Shown piece after piece: positions 1 to 10,585 of a stretch of DNA of 18,387 nt (positions within the stretch are counted from its first letter, which is position 1; the number at the start of each line of letters is the position of its first letter). Below the pieces are notes generated by a model that saw nothing but the letters and a program-made list of their open reading frames with translations, was not told where the DNA came from and searched no databases. The position numbers and the translations under genes were made by a program. Origin of the DNA: Ginkgo biloba (lineage: Eukaryota > Plantae > Ginkgophyta); assembly GCA_024626585.2 (NCBI GenBank), contig JANKJI020000004.1, positions 103,369,160 through 103,387,546 on the forward strand, written 5' to 3'.

Positions 1-914
1 CCCTCTTTTATCTCTATGTTGATGAACAACTAAGATTTGAGACACGTGGCATCATCTCATAAACCTTCACTCCTTCGTTATTTTATAGTTTGGTTGCCTT
101 CACCTTTTCTTCTTACGACTCTGTGATCTTGTGGGCACCCTAGGATTGTAATGTGTGGTACTCTCTTAGACACCTAAGTGTAGCAATTTTTTCACCTTTG
201 TCACTTTGAGTTTTAAACTATCGTAGGATNNNNNNNNNNNNNNNNNNNAGGCCTCACCACGCATCATATTTTTAGGTCCTCTAGGGCTCGGGGATTTTCA
301 CTAAGTACTTTTCAATGTTATTAACAGTCATGAGGGTGAAGATCACTAGATCTCACCACATAGAATCTTCTCATTAGCCTACGTAAATATAACTCACAAA
401 ACATATGAAACACAACCTTTTTTTACATATAATAAAAATAACAAAATGAGCCATGCATTGATTCCTCATGAAACACATATTTCTTTACCACTGAGACACA
501 AAGGCATTCTTAGAAGGTTCAATCAAGTTCATGTCAAGGGATCTGTTCTCTAAGGGATAAGAAAATAGGCATCGATATGGAATCTCAAAGCATGGTACAA
601 GAGTGAACCAATCAATGAAGGATATTCTTACAAATTTGGGGGCTAAGGTGAATAGTTCCAAAGTTTAGAATTGAAGCTCAGGTGGAGTGCCATGAAAATA
701 TAGACAAGATCTAAGGTACAGATGCCTTATCTTTCTTCAAAAATAATAGGGCCCCCACTCTTCAGGAAAAGTGGGGTGTGTTGGGAAACAACAGTTTATA
801 CCTTCATTATGCCTACATGAATATTTTTTTATGATAAATTTTACCCTCAACCTTCCTATAAGAACATGTATGTTAATTATTGCCTTTCAGTTAATTCACT
901 ACTAATTTTTTAAT

Positions 915-1110
915 TGAATTCTACTTGTAGATAGATTTTTCTTTATAAAACCCAACCTTGATACTATATGAATGTATCATTTTCTCTTTAAAACCCTACC
1001 TTCATCCTATATATGTGTATATTTTCCTCTATAAAACCCTACATTCATCCTACTTGTAAGTATATTTTCCTTTATAAAATACTATCTTTGATCCTTTTAT
1101 AGGTAAAGTT
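915..1110 (+). repeat. 43-bp imperfect tandem repeat, about 4.5 copies
   Basis: The aaaaccc/aaaatac anchor recurs at 947, 990, 1033 and 1076, exactly 43 bp apart. Unit is approximately ctatatatgtgtatattttcctctataaaaccctaccttcatc. Confidence 0.9.
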
Positions 1111-1141
1111 TCTCATATACTCATGCTAACTTTGAAATTTA

Positions 1142-1161
1142 ATATATATATATATATATAT
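1142..1161. repeat. (AT)10 microsatellite
   Basis: Read directly from the sequence. Confidence 0.95.
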
Positions 1162-1233
1162 CATATTTTTAGTTTTAAATAATATCCACATGCCTCATTC
1201 CTACCTACAAAACCATTATGTGTAAATTCTAAA

Positions 1234-2053
1234 TGTTGGGAGAAATATTTTGCACATTATTACTACACTTAAATTCAAAATTTTGAGCTTTATATTGCCC
1301 AATNNNNNNNNNNNNNNNNNNNNNNNNNNNNNNNNNNNNNNNNNNNNNNNNNNNNNNNNNNNNNNNNNNNNNNNNNNNNNNNNNNNNNNNNNNNNNNNNN
1401 NNNNNNNNNNNNNNNNNNNNNNNNNNNNNNNNNNNNNNNNNNNNNNNNNNNNNNNNNNNNNNNNNNNNNNNNNNNNNNNNNNNNNNNNNNNNNNNNNNNN
1501 NNNNNNNNNNNNNNNNNNNNNNNNNNNNNNNNNNNNNNNNNNNNNNNNNNNNNNNNNNNNNNNNNNNNNNNNNNNNNNNNNNNNNNNNNNNNNNNNNNNN
1601 NNNNNNNNNNNNNNNNNNNNNNNNNNNNNNNNNNNNNNNNNNNNNNNNNNNNNNNNNNNNNNNNNNNNNNNNNNNNNNNNNNNNNNNNNNNNNNNNNNNN
1701 NNNNNNNNNNNNNNNNNNNNNNNNNNNNNNNNNNNNNNNNNNNNNNNNNNNNNNNNNNNNNNNNNNNNNNNNNNNNNNNNNNNNNNNNNNNNNNNNNNNN
1801 NNNNNNNNNNNNNNNNNNNNNNNNNNNNNNNNNNNNNNNNNNNNNNNNNNNNNNNNNNNNNNNNNNNNNNNNNNNNNNNNNNNNNNNNNNNNNNNNNNNN
1901 NNNNNNNNNNNNNNNNNNNNNNNNNNNNNNNNNNNNNNNNNNNNNNNNNNNNNNNNNNNNNNNNNNNNNNNNNNNNNNNNNNNNNNNNNNNNNNNNNNGG
2001 ATTTTATTCCAACAATCCCCCAACAAAATTGAACACCAACATTAAGGTTCGAG
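1234..2053 (+). mobile_element. Putative 5' LTR (1234-2025, mostly gap) with a decayed tRNA-Lys-like primer-binding site
   Basis: TGTTGGGAGA at 1234 and TCCCCCAACA ending at 2025 form a 9/10 terminal inverted repeat. It is followed by tgaacaccaacattaaggttcga, loosely resembling TGGCGCCCACCGTGGGGCTCGA. The interior 1304-1998 is N. Confidence 0.45.
1304..1998. other. Assembly gap, the largest of ten
   Basis: N-runs at 230-248, 1304-1998, 3089-3333, 4934-4962, 5193-5286, 5723-5822, 7143-7242, 9503-9602, 12686-13138 and 15975-16074. The four 100-N runs are probably unknown-size placeholders. Confidence 0.99.
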
Positions 2054-2227
2054 CTAAATGTGTATCTACACCTTAGGATTAATTATCTCTCCTTGTTTCC
2101 AAATATATTTTTATAAGGAAACATCCCACTTACATTCTCATTTGAGATTTTTCACTTCTTGGAATAAAGTATAATCTATAGTTATATCCTATTTTCTTTT
2201 AGATTCCATAGAAAAGAATTCAATTAG

Positions 2228-2908
2228 ATGGGAAAATGTGGAAAATAAAGAAGTGGTAAACTTTAATTGATTCATTTTTTTTTTTATTTTATTATAGGAG
2301 TAGACAAGAGTAAAATAGCATGAATCTTAATCACATACTCAATCACATGTAAATCCTTCTATTACCCCAAGATGAATTATTTTAATCCCTGCTTCACCTT
2401 ATATTCCTCTAACTAAAATAGTTTTAGGTCTATTTATATGATGAGTGGCATAATATATTGAAGAAGAAAAACAAGAAGTAGAAAATACTACCATACATTT
2501 GGATGGAAGTGCAATGGACCTAATATTAGTTAATGATTATTTAATCTAATAAAATGAATATTTAAATAAAAAAGTGGCATAGTTAGAAGACCAACTAAAT
2601 AAATCATAATTGTGAAGGAAATAGAAGTCCAAACCAACCATTAGTTGGAGTTCCAAGAAAAAATGCAACAGCTAGAGAATCTTAAAAAAAGGTTGATCAA
2701 ATAAAAAAGGAATACCAAGATGCATCATATAGTTCAAGATATGTAGATGATAAACTTAAATAGATGGAAGAGTAGATCTAACAACTAAATAATACTGCTA
2801 AAAAATTGGTATAAGGAGTATTCCTTCCAATGCTAACAAAGAGTTCACCAGTAATATAGCAACCTTGGAGAAGTAATAATCCATCCTTAAATTAAATAGT
2901 GGCATAGA
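2228..2908 (+). pseudogene. Stop-riddled E/K/Q-rich coiled-coil-like reading frame, probably a retroelement leader or gag remnant
   Basis: Purine-rich codon-like runs (EEEKQEVEN, QEKMQQLENLKK) with many TAA/TAG, just downstream of the putative LTR and PBS. Confidence 0.35.
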
Positions 2909-4283
2909 TGTAAAGGATTTCAATATTTCCTACCTATTCAAGGGTTTGGTTCAATTTGTTCAAAGGTTTTCTATATTTTTAACCTATTCAAGGGTTTTAT
3001 CTTTATGGATTGCTTCTGGTTGATTGTAATGTATCAAAGTGTGGGGTTAGAAGCTCAGATTCCATCTCTACCTCCTTTTTTGTTAGGANNNNNNNNNNNN
3101 NNNNNNNNNNNNNNNNNNNNNNNNNNNNNNNNNNNNNNNNNNNNNNNNNNNNNNNNNNNNNNNNNNNNNNNNNNNNNNNNNNNNNNNNNNNNNNNNNNNN
3201 NNNNNNNNNNNNNNNNNNNNNNNNNNNNNNNNNNNNNNNNNNNNNNNNNNNNNNNNNNNNNNNNNNNNNNNNNNNNNNNNNNNNNNNNNNNNNNNNNNNN
3301 NNNNNNNNNNNNNNNNNNNNNNNNNNNNNNNNNTTACATATTCTTGGATTCCCTACTCAATCTATGGGTAGTTCATAATTTTTAGATTTATGTTCCCATC
3401 AGGGTTTCTAGTTTTTGTAAGTATACTAGTGCCTTGCTTGGTATCCAAAGATAAGTAGTTTTGCTCAAAGATTAGTAGAGACAACTAAGTAAGTTATCCT
3501 TAGTTATTTTCTAAGTTCTAACTCTACTGGAAACCTCTAAAGTAGCATTTTGTACAAATATTTTAGCAATATAACTACCCACTTTTCTAGGAAAAAAAAA
3601 GTCTTTGACTAAAATATATACAACCTTGGATAAGAAGGTAGAAGGGATCAAGATCATATTCATGCATGTAATTACCTTATGTGGATAAATTCTAAAGTGT
3701 GAATCTTGCCCAAGGGTGTATGAATTAATGTATAAGTAGAGAATATTATAGATGTAATTAAGATATCTTATTACCACTAAACCTCTCATGAAGTTTGATG
3801 TAAGAATTATGGAAGCCTTACACGAAATAAGCAATAGACTGGACTAAAATATGCTTGTAAATATGTTCTCAACAAATGAATTATACAAATATTAAATTAA
3901 TTATGGGAAGTGTGCATTAAGAGATATGTTATCTTCTATGTCAATTAAAGTTACTAGAGCCATCCTATAAGAGGTATATCAAACTAGAAGTGATTGTGGA
4001 ATAGGCTATTGGGCTTAACATTTTAGTTGAGAAACATTTTATCCAAGCCCATAAGGGAAGATAGTAGAAGAATCTTGGAGGGTTTCTTATGAAATTCACT
4101 TATATACAATTATGGATTTCTAGAGAATAAGGTTATTAATTTTACTTTTCTATGCTAGGATATAGAATGACCTTAGGGTAATTTTTTAGAGTCAAAATAA
4201 ATTTTCTAAGGAGGATAGAGAAAAGAAGGAAGAAAAGCATCATGATATTATGGAATTAATAATAAGACCTAAACCTTTATAAT

Positions 4284-5192
4284 TACCATCACTAACATAA
4301 GAAAGCACACAAGGTGAAACTTCAAAAGTAGGAAAGTAATTGGGTTCATAAGAGATCCTATGAATATCAATAGGGGGGAAATGACTAAACATTTATTTTC
4401 TAATCAGTTGCTTTATTTTTTATGTATTCTATTCAAGAATCTATATACAATATTATTCATGCGCTATTAATATGATATAATTAGGTTTTTCTATGTAATC
4501 CATGGAAATTATCTCATTGGGTAGAAATTGGTTTAATTAATTCTTTAGAATGTCAATAATGATATGTTCTACATTTAGCTATGAAGGTAACAATCATCTA
4601 TATAAACAACTACCTTCATAAATAATGAAGGTATCTCATTAGGTTCCTTCATCCATGTTGAGGGTTATTTTACCTTAAATTTACATATAACCAAGTTAAA
4701 TGCACCCAAGATGTAGGTAGCACATTTATATTGTATATGTAAATGGATATCTATAATGAAGGTGTAGGTGGAATAAAGTGATTTAATACCACCTACACAT
4801 GATGCATGGGATACCATCACTAGAATAAGAAAGCACATGGGGTGAAACTTAAAAAGTAGTCCAGTAATTAGGTTCATTAGAGATCCTATGAACCTCAATA
4901 AGAGAGAAATGAAAAAACATTTATTGTCTAATCNNNNNNNNNNNNNNNNNNNNNNNNNNNNNCTATATATAATATTATACATGCATAATTAATATGATAT
5001 AATTAGGGTTTTTTATGTAAGACATTGGAATTATCTCTTTGGGTAGAAATTAGTTGAATTAATTATTTTGAATGTCAATAATGATCTATCGTACCTTTAT
5101 CTATGAGGGTAAAAATTATCTATATAAACAACTACTTTCACCAATAATGAAGGTACCTCATTAGCTACCTTCATCCATGTTGAGGGTAGTTT
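4284..5192 (+). repeat. Diverged direct duplication: ~385-bp copies at 4284-4670 and 4812-5192, period ~525 bp
   Basis: Colinear anchors: taccatcact (4284/4812), agagatcctatgaa, attaatatgatataattagg, tgggtagaaatt, gaatgtcaataatgat, tctatataaacaactac, ccttcatccatgttgaggg (ending 4664/5186). Roughly 80% identity by eye. Confidence 0.92.
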
Positions 5193-5822
5193 NNNNNNNN
5201 NNNNNNNNNNNNNNNNNNNNNNNNNNNNNNNNNNNNNNNNNNNNNNNNNNNNNNNNNNNNNNNNNNNNNNNNNNNNNNNNNNNNNNATACTTTATATGTA
5301 TATGACTACCTATATCAAATTTGAAGGTATCTCTATTTGATATAATTTCCACTTACAGTTGCACAAAGTATAGATTTTTATTTTGATTAAGGGTAATTTT
5401 AGTACCTATTTGGATTAAGAAGCCTTAGATAAGGGAGAAACTATTTTGAAAAAATCACCTATGGATCACACCTAGCCTCTACCTTCCCCACTTGGATTGA
5501 TTAGACTTTTTTTTCTAGGCATGAAAGTAATGGAAATTAGCCTAGGTTTAAATGTTGACCCCGTCATGCAAAGTAGGAATGGAACTTCATACATGTGGCT
5601 AATGATGGGAATATTTTTATCCTTTAAACACAAGCACATGAGGATAACTTAATTATGTAATCTCTATTAGTAGTGAATCTAAAGGTATCTTTAGTTTAGT
5701 TTTAATTATCTTCACCAAACATNNNNNNNNNNNNNNNNNNNNNNNNNNNNNNNNNNNNNNNNNNNNNNNNNNNNNNNNNNNNNNNNNNNNNNNNNNNNNN
5801 NNNNNNNNNNNNNNNNNNNNNN

Positions 5823-6250
5823 AATCTCCTTAAGTTTAGACCTCAACAATTGAACCACTTCTTATAATTCCTTAAGAATTATCTCCATCCTAAAAGGATC
5901 CCCAAGGAATGATACCACTGTAATGTCCCACTTTCCTACTCCAAGAATGGGGCTTTGGAGTAAGCAATCAAACCTCTAGTTCATAAATACAACTATCATC
6001 CCTAATGTCTATTATGAATCCACTAGAGACTAACCCTTAATCCTAATCGATCAAGGATTCTAGGCATAGGCCAATATGTCCACTTTGGCATCATGGATAT
6101 CCTCTTAGTCAAGAGATCAATCTAACCCCTTATTGATAGTTATTTGGATTTTGACTTAAAATCCTATTATGACTAAGGGTTTCCTACTCTAATGTTTCTA
6201 TTCTACCCATTAGTTAAATTAATCCATCTATCTAGAATATTAAATTTAAT
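5823..6250 (-). mobile_element. 5' LTR end, PBS (tRNA-iMet type) and possible gag start of a minus-strand LTR element
   Basis: Minus strand reads ...GGGACATTACA (LTR end at 5919), g, TGGTATC (5917-5911), then MEIILKEL*EVVQLLRSKLKEI. The far end of the LTR was not located, so 6250 is arbitrary. Confidence 0.6.
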
Positions 6251-7251
6251 CCATATATCTATTATAGATATCATGAATAAATAAATATGGGCAATAATAA
6301 CTTAAATATGTTAATACTTACCTACAGTAATTGATACTAAGTAGCCTCCAGAACACTAAAATGATGTATACATCACTAAAGTTTCCTCCAAAAAGAAGCA
6401 ATTGGTCCCCGAGGAGCCACTTACCTATAAACTATCAAAACACCTACATGATAGACCCAATTAATAATACCCCTATACAGTCTCTTAACCCTATTTTTTA
6501 ACCCCTATTTTGTACCTCTAAGTAATTTTTAACCCCTTTTTATCTAATATATAATTATACATAAAATAAAATCCAACAATTATATATATCCCTTTTGTAT
6601 TTTATAATCAACATAAAATGTGGTGTACCTAGGGAAATTTGACCAACATTGTAACATATCTATGAAGTTAGTCTCCCAAGTTAAATAAATATAATCATAG
6701 ATATTTGAGAATAATATAATATTAAGACCAATGGGAGCATGGAGGATATATATGGCAATCAATGTTCAACATTCACTAAAGAATTAAGGGAGATTAGCAA
6801 GTAATCATAGAAATAATCTCATGCTTGCTTCAATTTCTCCTAGCTTTCCTTTCCTCTCCCCTCCTCTAAAAAATTTCACATTTGAATCAACCATCCTACA
6901 TGATTCCTAATTATATTTTAAAAAATTATGAATTACAATTGTAAGGTGTTTTAGTAAATAGAAGGAAAATCCAATAATAATAAAAATGGGGATAATTGTG
7001 GTTGCGTGGATATATACAACCATATCCTAAAGTCACTAGGGGTTTAGCATGTAAATTTAAGAATAAGGTCATATAAATGAATGAAATAAAGTGAAATAAA
7101 ATTGAATGAATAAATTAAACATCTAATGTAATGGAAATGATGNNNNNNNNNNNNNNNNNNNNNNNNNNNNNNNNNNNNNNNNNNNNNNNNNNNNNNNNNN
7201 NNNNNNNNNNNNNNNNNNNNNNNNNNNNNNNNNNNNNNNNNNGAAAGTGCA

Positions 7252-7915
7252 TTAGTGTGTCACTTGATCACTCTCCTCTATAGTTCTATCATTTATCTCA
7301 TATGGGTTAGGGCACTCCTTAAGGTCTAGACCCAAATCCTTGCCCAAAATAGCCAAAACTAAGTTTGTTTGGCTCCCACTATCAAGAATATCTAAAATAT
7401 TCCTATTATTTACTTGCATCCACATGGTAAAAAGGATCTCCATTTCTATTTTCTTTTCCTTTGTCTTGACAAGAACTATCGTTGGATCTAACTGATCTAA
7501 AGTGTTAATAAGATATATCAGTTTCTTCTACTCATGATTTCATTGATGTAATGATCTAGATGCATTTTTTGGATGAATCTTCTAACAACCCTCTTTAAAA
7601 TTTCCTTATTTATATAATGTGAACATGTTTTAGAACCATCTTTCTTCTTCCTCCATGTATAACTTGTCTTCTTCTTAATCTCCTTCTTGTTCTTACTTGA
7701 ATAAGTACTAGTAGAACTAGATGAGGATGTCGATGAAGTATCTGAGATGAGAGAAACCTTCCTCTTAGGATTTTCCTCCACTTTTTTTGAAGATTTATTC
7801 CTTGCTTATATCTTATAAGTGAGCCTAAATTTATCTTATAGACTAGGTAATCGTTTATATGAGGAGTTCATTCTAGATTAAATCCCCATCTTCTTCAAAA
7901 GTTGTATAAAACTTG
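7252..7915 (-). pseudogene. Degenerate Ty3/gypsy gag C-terminus (zinc knuckle) and aspartic protease
   Basis: Retropepsin motif LFTMWMQVNNRNILDILDSGSQTNLV...LGLDLKECPNPYEI, with DSG at 7383-7375. Upstream is a decayed CCHC knuckle, CSHY..(frameshift)GNFKEGC*KIHP, and a Ser/Lys-rich linker. Confidence 0.85.
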
Positions 7916-8229
7916 ATTGACATTATTAGTATTCAATATAAAATATAGTGCAAATGCAATAAAAAAGTCTGAATGGGTTGCTCAAATCATTTAGAAATTT
8001 CTAAGATAGGTAAATAGTAGTCATTATCCACATGTTAAATATTTGTCATTTCAAAGAATTATAAATTATAAATCTCAATCAAAATAAAATTACAAAAATA
8101 GGAATATATTGAGCTCCTTTTATCGCATACTAAAATTATAATAACTCAAATTTCATATTTAAATAATAATTCAAATAATGTGGGATCATTTTTAATAATA
8201 AATTTCCATATCAAGTATTCCTTCTTATT

Positions 8230-8910
8230 TCAAGGAAAATCAAGGGTCTGAAACACAAGTGGGTAGCACATCCTAACCTCCAAAAGGAGTCTTTGGTCAA
8301 GGAAAATAGAGAGGTACCTCTTATCTCCCAGCATTAGAGTCAAGTAAGAAGATGTTTTTGGGTATCCCAAGTGTTAGTGAATATGTGTTCAAAGCCTATA
8401 GGGAGGCAATTCCCCAAGGATAAAATAAAGAAAGTAAGCAGGACACTACTAGATAGATTGGTCAATCAATAAAATATTTATCATTTGCATACTCCCTTTA
8501 GATCAAATAGGAAAAACAAAAAATACAAGATATTTTTGGAGGGCTAAAAGATAATTTTTTTTAGAGGCATGGTTTCAAGCAATGAATCCAAAATAAAGAA
8601 TCTCAAAAGATTGGCTAGGATGACTACTAATGATGGATATTTTTTCATCCACAATAGGTTTGGTATTTTGGGGGAATAGGAGAATACCTCAAAAAGGCAA
8701 TATGTTGATACAGTAGAAGAGGTTGGCATGGAACTAATTCCTTTTGAATTACTATCCACATGAAATTGTCCTTTTTTCTTGGAATGTTCAAGGAACTCAA
8801 TATCTTAGATAAGAGTAGTATGGAATTCCTCAATGTTGGCATTAATAAGAGTTCCTAATTTTTTGTCTTTTCAGGAAGTGAAATTTAAGGATTTTGATTA
8901 AAAGATATGA
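8230..8910 (+). pseudogene. LINE-1-like remnant: end of ORF1 and start of the ORF2 APE endonuclease
   Basis: ATG at 8760 gives MKLSFF/SWNVQG/LN (family motif MKILSWNVRGLN), then FCL/QEVK at ~8860-8883 (family motif IICLQETK). Upstream are NRFGIL (~8652) and a possible decayed knuckle RCFW...NMC (~8350-8390). Confidence 0.65.
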
Positions 8911-8914
8911 TTTT

Positions 8915-9480
8915 TTTTTTGCTCTATACAACCTAGCAATTGGTTTGCTCATGATAAAGAGTGTCACTATGAAGTACACAGCTTCACTGCAAAAGGCTCG
9001 AGCATTCACAAGTTTTGTTGCTTCTTTAAAGAAAGAGGATTCCAAAAGTTTGTAACTTCCACTGCCATAGGAGTTTCTGAAAGCTTATTGGATGTCCAAT
9101 CTCTTCCAATGATTACACTTCAAAAAGCACTCTTATGCATAAGTACCTTTTGCAACTTAGAGGAATAGTTATAAAGCATGTAGCAATATGGGTAATCAAG
9201 ATTTTTGGTGCATATCTATAATACCTGTGTAAGTTGAAGTCATGATTTATGATAACTTTTGTTACCTGTTTTGCATCATCCACCACAATTTCACCTGCAC
9301 CAACTTGTTAAACTTTTTAGAAGAATATATTCAAGAGATCCAAAGCAAGTTAGGAAAACTTTATTTGTCTACTTGCAATTCAATACATCATTAGTGACAA
9401 TGTGGACCATGTTCTTCATGCCAATCTCCATTCTTGTTTTTGTAAGAACATTGCAATATATTTGAGTGAATTAGTGTAAT
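8915..9480 (-). pseudogene. hAT-superfamily transposase remnant (DUF659-type region)
   Basis: Minus strand EIGMKNMVHIVTNDVLNCK (family motif EIG.ENVVQ.VTDNA.NCK), IVVDDAKQVTKVIINH, ATCFIT (TRFAT), LQKVLMHKSAF*SVIIGRDWTSNKLS, SFFKEATKLV, LYRAKKK. The motifs occur in the expected order with frameshifts. Confidence 0.75.
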
Positions 9481-9784
9481 CACTTGTATTAACTACTTGG
9501 ACNNNNNNNNNNNNNNNNNNNNNNNNNNNNNNNNNNNNNNNNNNNNNNNNNNNNNNNNNNNNNNNNNNNNNNNNNNNNNNNNNNNNNNNNNNNNNNNNNN
9601 NNGAGTTTAAATATGCGTATCTGTTTGTAAAACCCTTCAGCTAATACAAAACGTTAAAACCTTTGTATTTATAATTGATTAAATATAGAGTTGTAAAACG
9701 AGGCGATTGTTAATTAATCCCCTAAATACGACAATAACCGATGTCGATCTAGGTTTTATCAGCAACCTTATATCCATTATCATT

Positions 9785-9991
9785 TTACATGATCCCACAT
9801 ATCCCTCTACGTCTCCCTCTACTTTCTGTCTGGTTATTTGCCGCTTGCAATTTCAACTGAAGATTACGGATCTCCTCATCTGCTTTTGCTTGTGCTAATT
9901 GAGTTCGGAGGTCAGCAGCTTCCCGTTCTTTCGCCGCCGCAGCCAATTGGTTTTGCATGTTCTCCATGGATAGTCGCGCTTTCTCCTCCAC
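9785..9991 (-). CDS. Terminal coding exon of an AIG1/IAN (immune-associated nucleotide-binding, GIMAP-type GTPase) family gene: coiled coil, polybasic region and CaaX box
   Basis: Uninterrupted frame VEEKARLSMENMQNQLAAAAKEREAADLRTQLAQAKADEEIRNLQLKLQAANNQTESRGRRRGICGIM*. It is preceded by a phase-0 acceptor (minus strand ttctaccag|GTG, AG at 9993-9992). It fits the recalled plant IAN9/AIG1-like C-terminal pattern (VESKL..LE.QLA.E.AAR..AQ.KS.DEIR.L...L..A..ET..LR...C.IL). CpG-rich with no stops, unlike the flanks. Confidence 0.8.
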   Translation of the reverse strand: MEEKARLSMENMQNQLAAAAKEREAADLRTQLAQAKADEEIRNLQLKLQAANNQTESRGRRRGICGIM

Positions 9992-10511
9992 CTGGTAGAA
10001 TACAATGTGTAGTTAGAAAAATGATCAGAAATACACTTCATTGTCTACTGGCTAACAGTAATTCGTGTTTATTCTGACGTACATGAGAATTGGCATTAAT
10101 GTTATATTTATATTGGGTAAGCTGATTCGATTCATCATATGATCAGAACATGAAACATCAATAGAGGAATAAAGAATAACCTGAGAGAAACAAAGGGTAA
10201 ACAGAGGAGCATCGGTAGACATTGGACACTAAGCAGAGAGAGAAACGGGATAGAAGACAGGGAAAGAAACACAAGCCCATTGTGCAAAGAAATCAATGAA
10301 TCATCGTCTCTGCATAAAGCACGATTCTTGGATAGCATAAAGCACAACCAAGTTTTTGCAGATGGAAGCAGAATCTGGAACATAATATTTGAACGTACAA
10401 GAGTTTTAGGCACAAAAATAAGCGAACTGAGATCCTCTCTATTCTCTCTCAATGTAGAGAAGATTCACTCATGGCCTCACAGACACCAAAACCTATGAAG
10501 GAGAATACTAC
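9992..10511 (-). other. Putative last intron (520 bp, or 541 bp with the alternative donor)
   Basis: GT...AG boundaries on the minus strand; T/C-rich on the minus strand (GA-rich on plus, 10170-10450); no convincing ORF. Confidence 0.45.
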
Positions 10512-10585
10512 CCTATTGGTTATGCTCAATACCAACTTGCCTTCGTAGCAGTTCCACAAATAGTCCTTCATGCTTTGCAATGAAT
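10512..10585 (-). CDS. Putative preceding mini-exon of the AIG1/IAN-like gene, (D)SLQSMKDYLWNCYEGKL(VLSITNR)
   Basis: Strong acceptor (ttcgttccctttcccatctcctgtag|, AG at 10587-10586). Two in-frame phase-0 GT donors: TTG|gtattg after 10533 and AGG|gtagta after 10512. The peptide loosely resembles the IAN segment LKEQM..SYEEQLKRITEM that precedes VES. ATG at 10571-10569. Similarity is modest and the segment is also one arm of an inverted repeat. Confidence 0.4.

Larger units (their letters stand above)
764..1233 (+). mobile_element. Putative polypurine tract and start of a 3' LTR, interrupted at 1234
   Basis: Purine-rich aggaaaagtggggtg (764-778) runs directly into TGTTGGGA at 779. Downstream sequence is AT-rich, non-coding and has internal tandem repeats. 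Confidence 0.4.

Noticed and set aside
560-700. Possible chromodomain remnant (WNLKAWYKSEPINEG) before the PPT
   Set aside because: Position fits but the similarity is too weak to call without a profile search.
915-1110. Regularly spaced repeats as a CRISPR array
   Set aside because: Head-to-tail degenerate units with no unique spacers, no cas genes, and a eukaryotic context.
1229-2032. Long ORFs in the track (also 3005-3385, 12594-13179, 15895-16176)
   Set aside because: They are open only because they run through N gaps.
2932-2997. 16-bp direct repeat acctattcaagggttt at 2932 and 2982
   Set aside because: Real, but only two short copies in LTR-like sequence; no further inference is supportable.
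10135-10498. 105-aa minus-strand hydrophobic ORF and 72-aa plus-strand ORF
   Set aside because: Explained by the CT/GA-biased composition of the putative intron; no recognisable motif.
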